Source: an uncultured delta proteobacterium (GTDB lineage Bacteria > Myxococcota_A > Polyangia > Polyangiales > Houyiibacteriaceae). From it: 64,000 nucleotides of DNA. Under the pieces are notes generated by a model. That model ran no database searches. It saw only the letters and a list, made by a program, of their open reading frames with translations, and was not told the DNA's origin. The translations under genes and the position numbers were made by a program. The stretch lies in the NCBI GenBank assembly GCA_963699755.1, contig CAVOVB010000003.1:640001-704000 (forward strand), written 5' to 3'. This document shows positions 62,554 through 64,000 of this stretch, piece after piece (the first letter of the stretch is position 1; each line of letters starts with the position of its first letter).

Positions 62554-63150
62554 ATGCAGGGATCGGAGCTCATCGCAGAACATGAGAAAATGGTCTACGG
62601 CCTTGCGAGTCGCCTCCGGCGCGAGCTGGCGCTTCGAGGCGACCTGGAAGACCTGATTGCCTTCGGCTTCGGCGGCCTCTTAGAGGCGCAGCGACGGTTT
62701 GACCCAGGCCGTGGGGTTCGATTTCAGACCTTCGCCTACTATCGGATCCGGGGGGCGATGCTCGACGGGGTCCGGCAGATGGCCGACCTGCCCCGCCGCG
62801 CCCATGAACGCTTCCAGGCGTCCGCGGGAGTTGCGCCCACGGCTGTGCCCAGCCGCCTCGACCAGGCGTTTACGCGCATGAGCGCAAGCCTCAGCACCGC
62901 CTCGGTGCTGCAAGGGAGCTTCGGCGGCGAAAGCCCGGAGGCGGTGCTCCTCAGGAACGAGAGCGTGACGCGGCTTCTGCAGGCGCTCCCTCGCTTATCA
63001 CCCAGGCAGCGGGTCCTCATCCGAGGGTTCTACTTCGAGGGCCGCTCGATCGACGCGATGGCCCAGGCGCTGGGCATCTCGAGGTCCTGGGCCAGCCGCA
63101 TTCATCGGAGCGCGCTCGAGGAGCTTCGCGGGGCGCTCGGGCCCCCTTGA
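62554..63150 (+). CDS. FliA/WhiG-like sigma70-family sigma factor (short)
   Basis: DLIAFG..GLLEA..RFDP.RG..F.TFA..RIRGAMLD; region 4 LGISRSWASRIH..AL. Confidence 0.85.
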   Translation: MQGSELIAEHEKMVYGLASRLRRELALRGDLEDLIAFGFGGLLEAQRRFDPGRGVRFQTFAYYRIRGAMLDGVRQMADLPRRAHERFQASAGVAPTAVPSRLDQAFTRMSASLSTASVLQGSFGGESPEAVLLRNESVTRLLQALPRLSPRQRVLIRGFYFEGRSIDAMAQALGISRSWASRIHRSALEELRGALGPP

Positions 63151-63360
63151 GCAGAAGTCGGCCGTCCAGCCGAAATCCCGGTCTTCCCGGCATGTTGCAT
63201 GCGCAGGCTGGTGCGCGCTTGTGCCTCACATGCGAACCGCATTGCGCACTTATCACCTGGTGTGAGCCTTTCTGACCCAGCTGTGGCAAAACCGGTTCTT
63301 CCTTGTAAATTCCAGTGTAAAGCGAGCCCCAGAATCATTGGTTTTGCCGTTTTCTACAAG

Positions 63361-63376
63361 TGGCACGCAATCTGCA
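63361..63376 (+). promoter_or_regulatory. sigma54 -24/-12 promoter
   Basis: TGGCACGCAATCTGCA, downstream of an AT-rich tract. Confidence 0.72.
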
Positions 63377-63391
63377 TCATGCTCGAGCACA

Positions 63392-63580
63392 ATGGGGGCT
63401 ACACGATCACAAAACCCGAAGCCGGGGGCAGACAACCGTGGCGTTCGGATCATCGCGAAATCGGTTTATCGCGAGCTCCGCAATAGCGGCCACAGCCGTT
63501 CGGACATCGTCGCGTTTACCAATGCGGTGCTCGAGCTGGTGACCACCGAGCTTCGTGACGCCCAGGAGGCAGCGGAGTAA
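63392..63580 (+). CDS. Small hypothetical protein
   Basis: IIAKSVYRELR..G.S..DIV.F...LELVT helical pattern; directly after a sigma54 promoter. Confidence 0.6.
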   Translation: MGATRSQNPKPGADNRGVRIIAKSVYRELRNSGHSRSDIVAFTNAVLELVTTELRDAQEAAE

Positions 63581-63725
63581 CGATCGCGAGTCGCGCTGAC
63601 TCCGGTCAAAAGCGCAGACTATTCGCGTGCTTGGCTCCTTGACCGATCGGTCGTGCGCGCTACGTTCCGCGCTCGCTGGCGACCCAGTTGGACTGGGCTG
63701 CAGTCGGGAGGGAGTCGAACGAACA

Positions 63726-64000
63726 ATGGCCACGAAAATCGGAATCAATGGGTTTGGACGAATCGGGCGCTGCGTTGCTCGAATCGCTGCGGAGCGCGCA
63801 GACGTCGAAATCGTCGGAATTAACGACCTCACCAGTGCGGCGATGCTCGCTCATCTTCTCGAGTGGGACTCGGTGCATCGGCACTTCCCGCACCCGGTCA
63901 AGGTCGAGGGCAGCGCGATTCGGATCGGGGACCATCTCATTCCGGTGTCGGCCGAGCGAGACCCGTCGAAGCTGAAGTGGAAAGAGCTCGGCGCTGAGGT
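63726..64000 (+). CDS. gap: Type I glyceraldehyde-3-phosphate dehydrogenase (3' end outside window; absent from the ORF track)
   Basis: Manual translation: MATKIGINGFGRIGR...INDL...DSVH...ERDP..L.W. Confidence 0.95.
   Translation, partial: MATKIGINGFGRIGRCVARIAAERADVEIVGINDLTSAAMLAHLLEWDSVHRHFPHPVKVEGSAIRIGDHLIPVSAERDPSKLKWKELGAE

Overview
GC-rich chromosomal segment. Gene content points to a myxobacterium (Myxococcota, probably Polyangiales-like; inferred from an MglA paralogue, PEGA and Ser/Thr kinases, an AgmX/PglI C-terminal protein, an MXAN_5808-type protease and Gly-rich lipoproteins). It holds about 60 CDS. Housekeeping genes: recG (partial), rpmB, an RluA-family synthase, nnr, moeB, clpS-clpA-aat, cobA/hemD, yfgM-bamB-like, lysC, pcm, cca and gap (partial). 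There is also a type IV pilin cluster (pilR, four pilins, pilG-like) and several orphan lipoproteins. I saw no rRNA, tRNA, CRISPR array or transposase. The most interesting signals are non-coding: (1) a XerCD dif-like site at 47011-47038, with KOPS-like octamers mostly pointing toward it, suggesting the replication terminus; (2) a putative self-activating sigma54 module (LuxR-HTH + enhancer-binding protein, then lipoprotein, PEGA protein, Ser/Thr kinase and a methyltransferase in frame with PPK2) whose two sigma54 promoters carry the same tandem ATGACG-N5-CGTCAT enhancer; (3) a -10-like hexamer 5-7 nt (mostly exactly 6 nt) before the start codon of more than a dozen genes, suggesting pervasive leaderless transcription; (4) a TTCA array with exact 10-bp phasing; (5) a perfect CRP-type box. 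All product calls come from motif recognition by eye, not from database searches.
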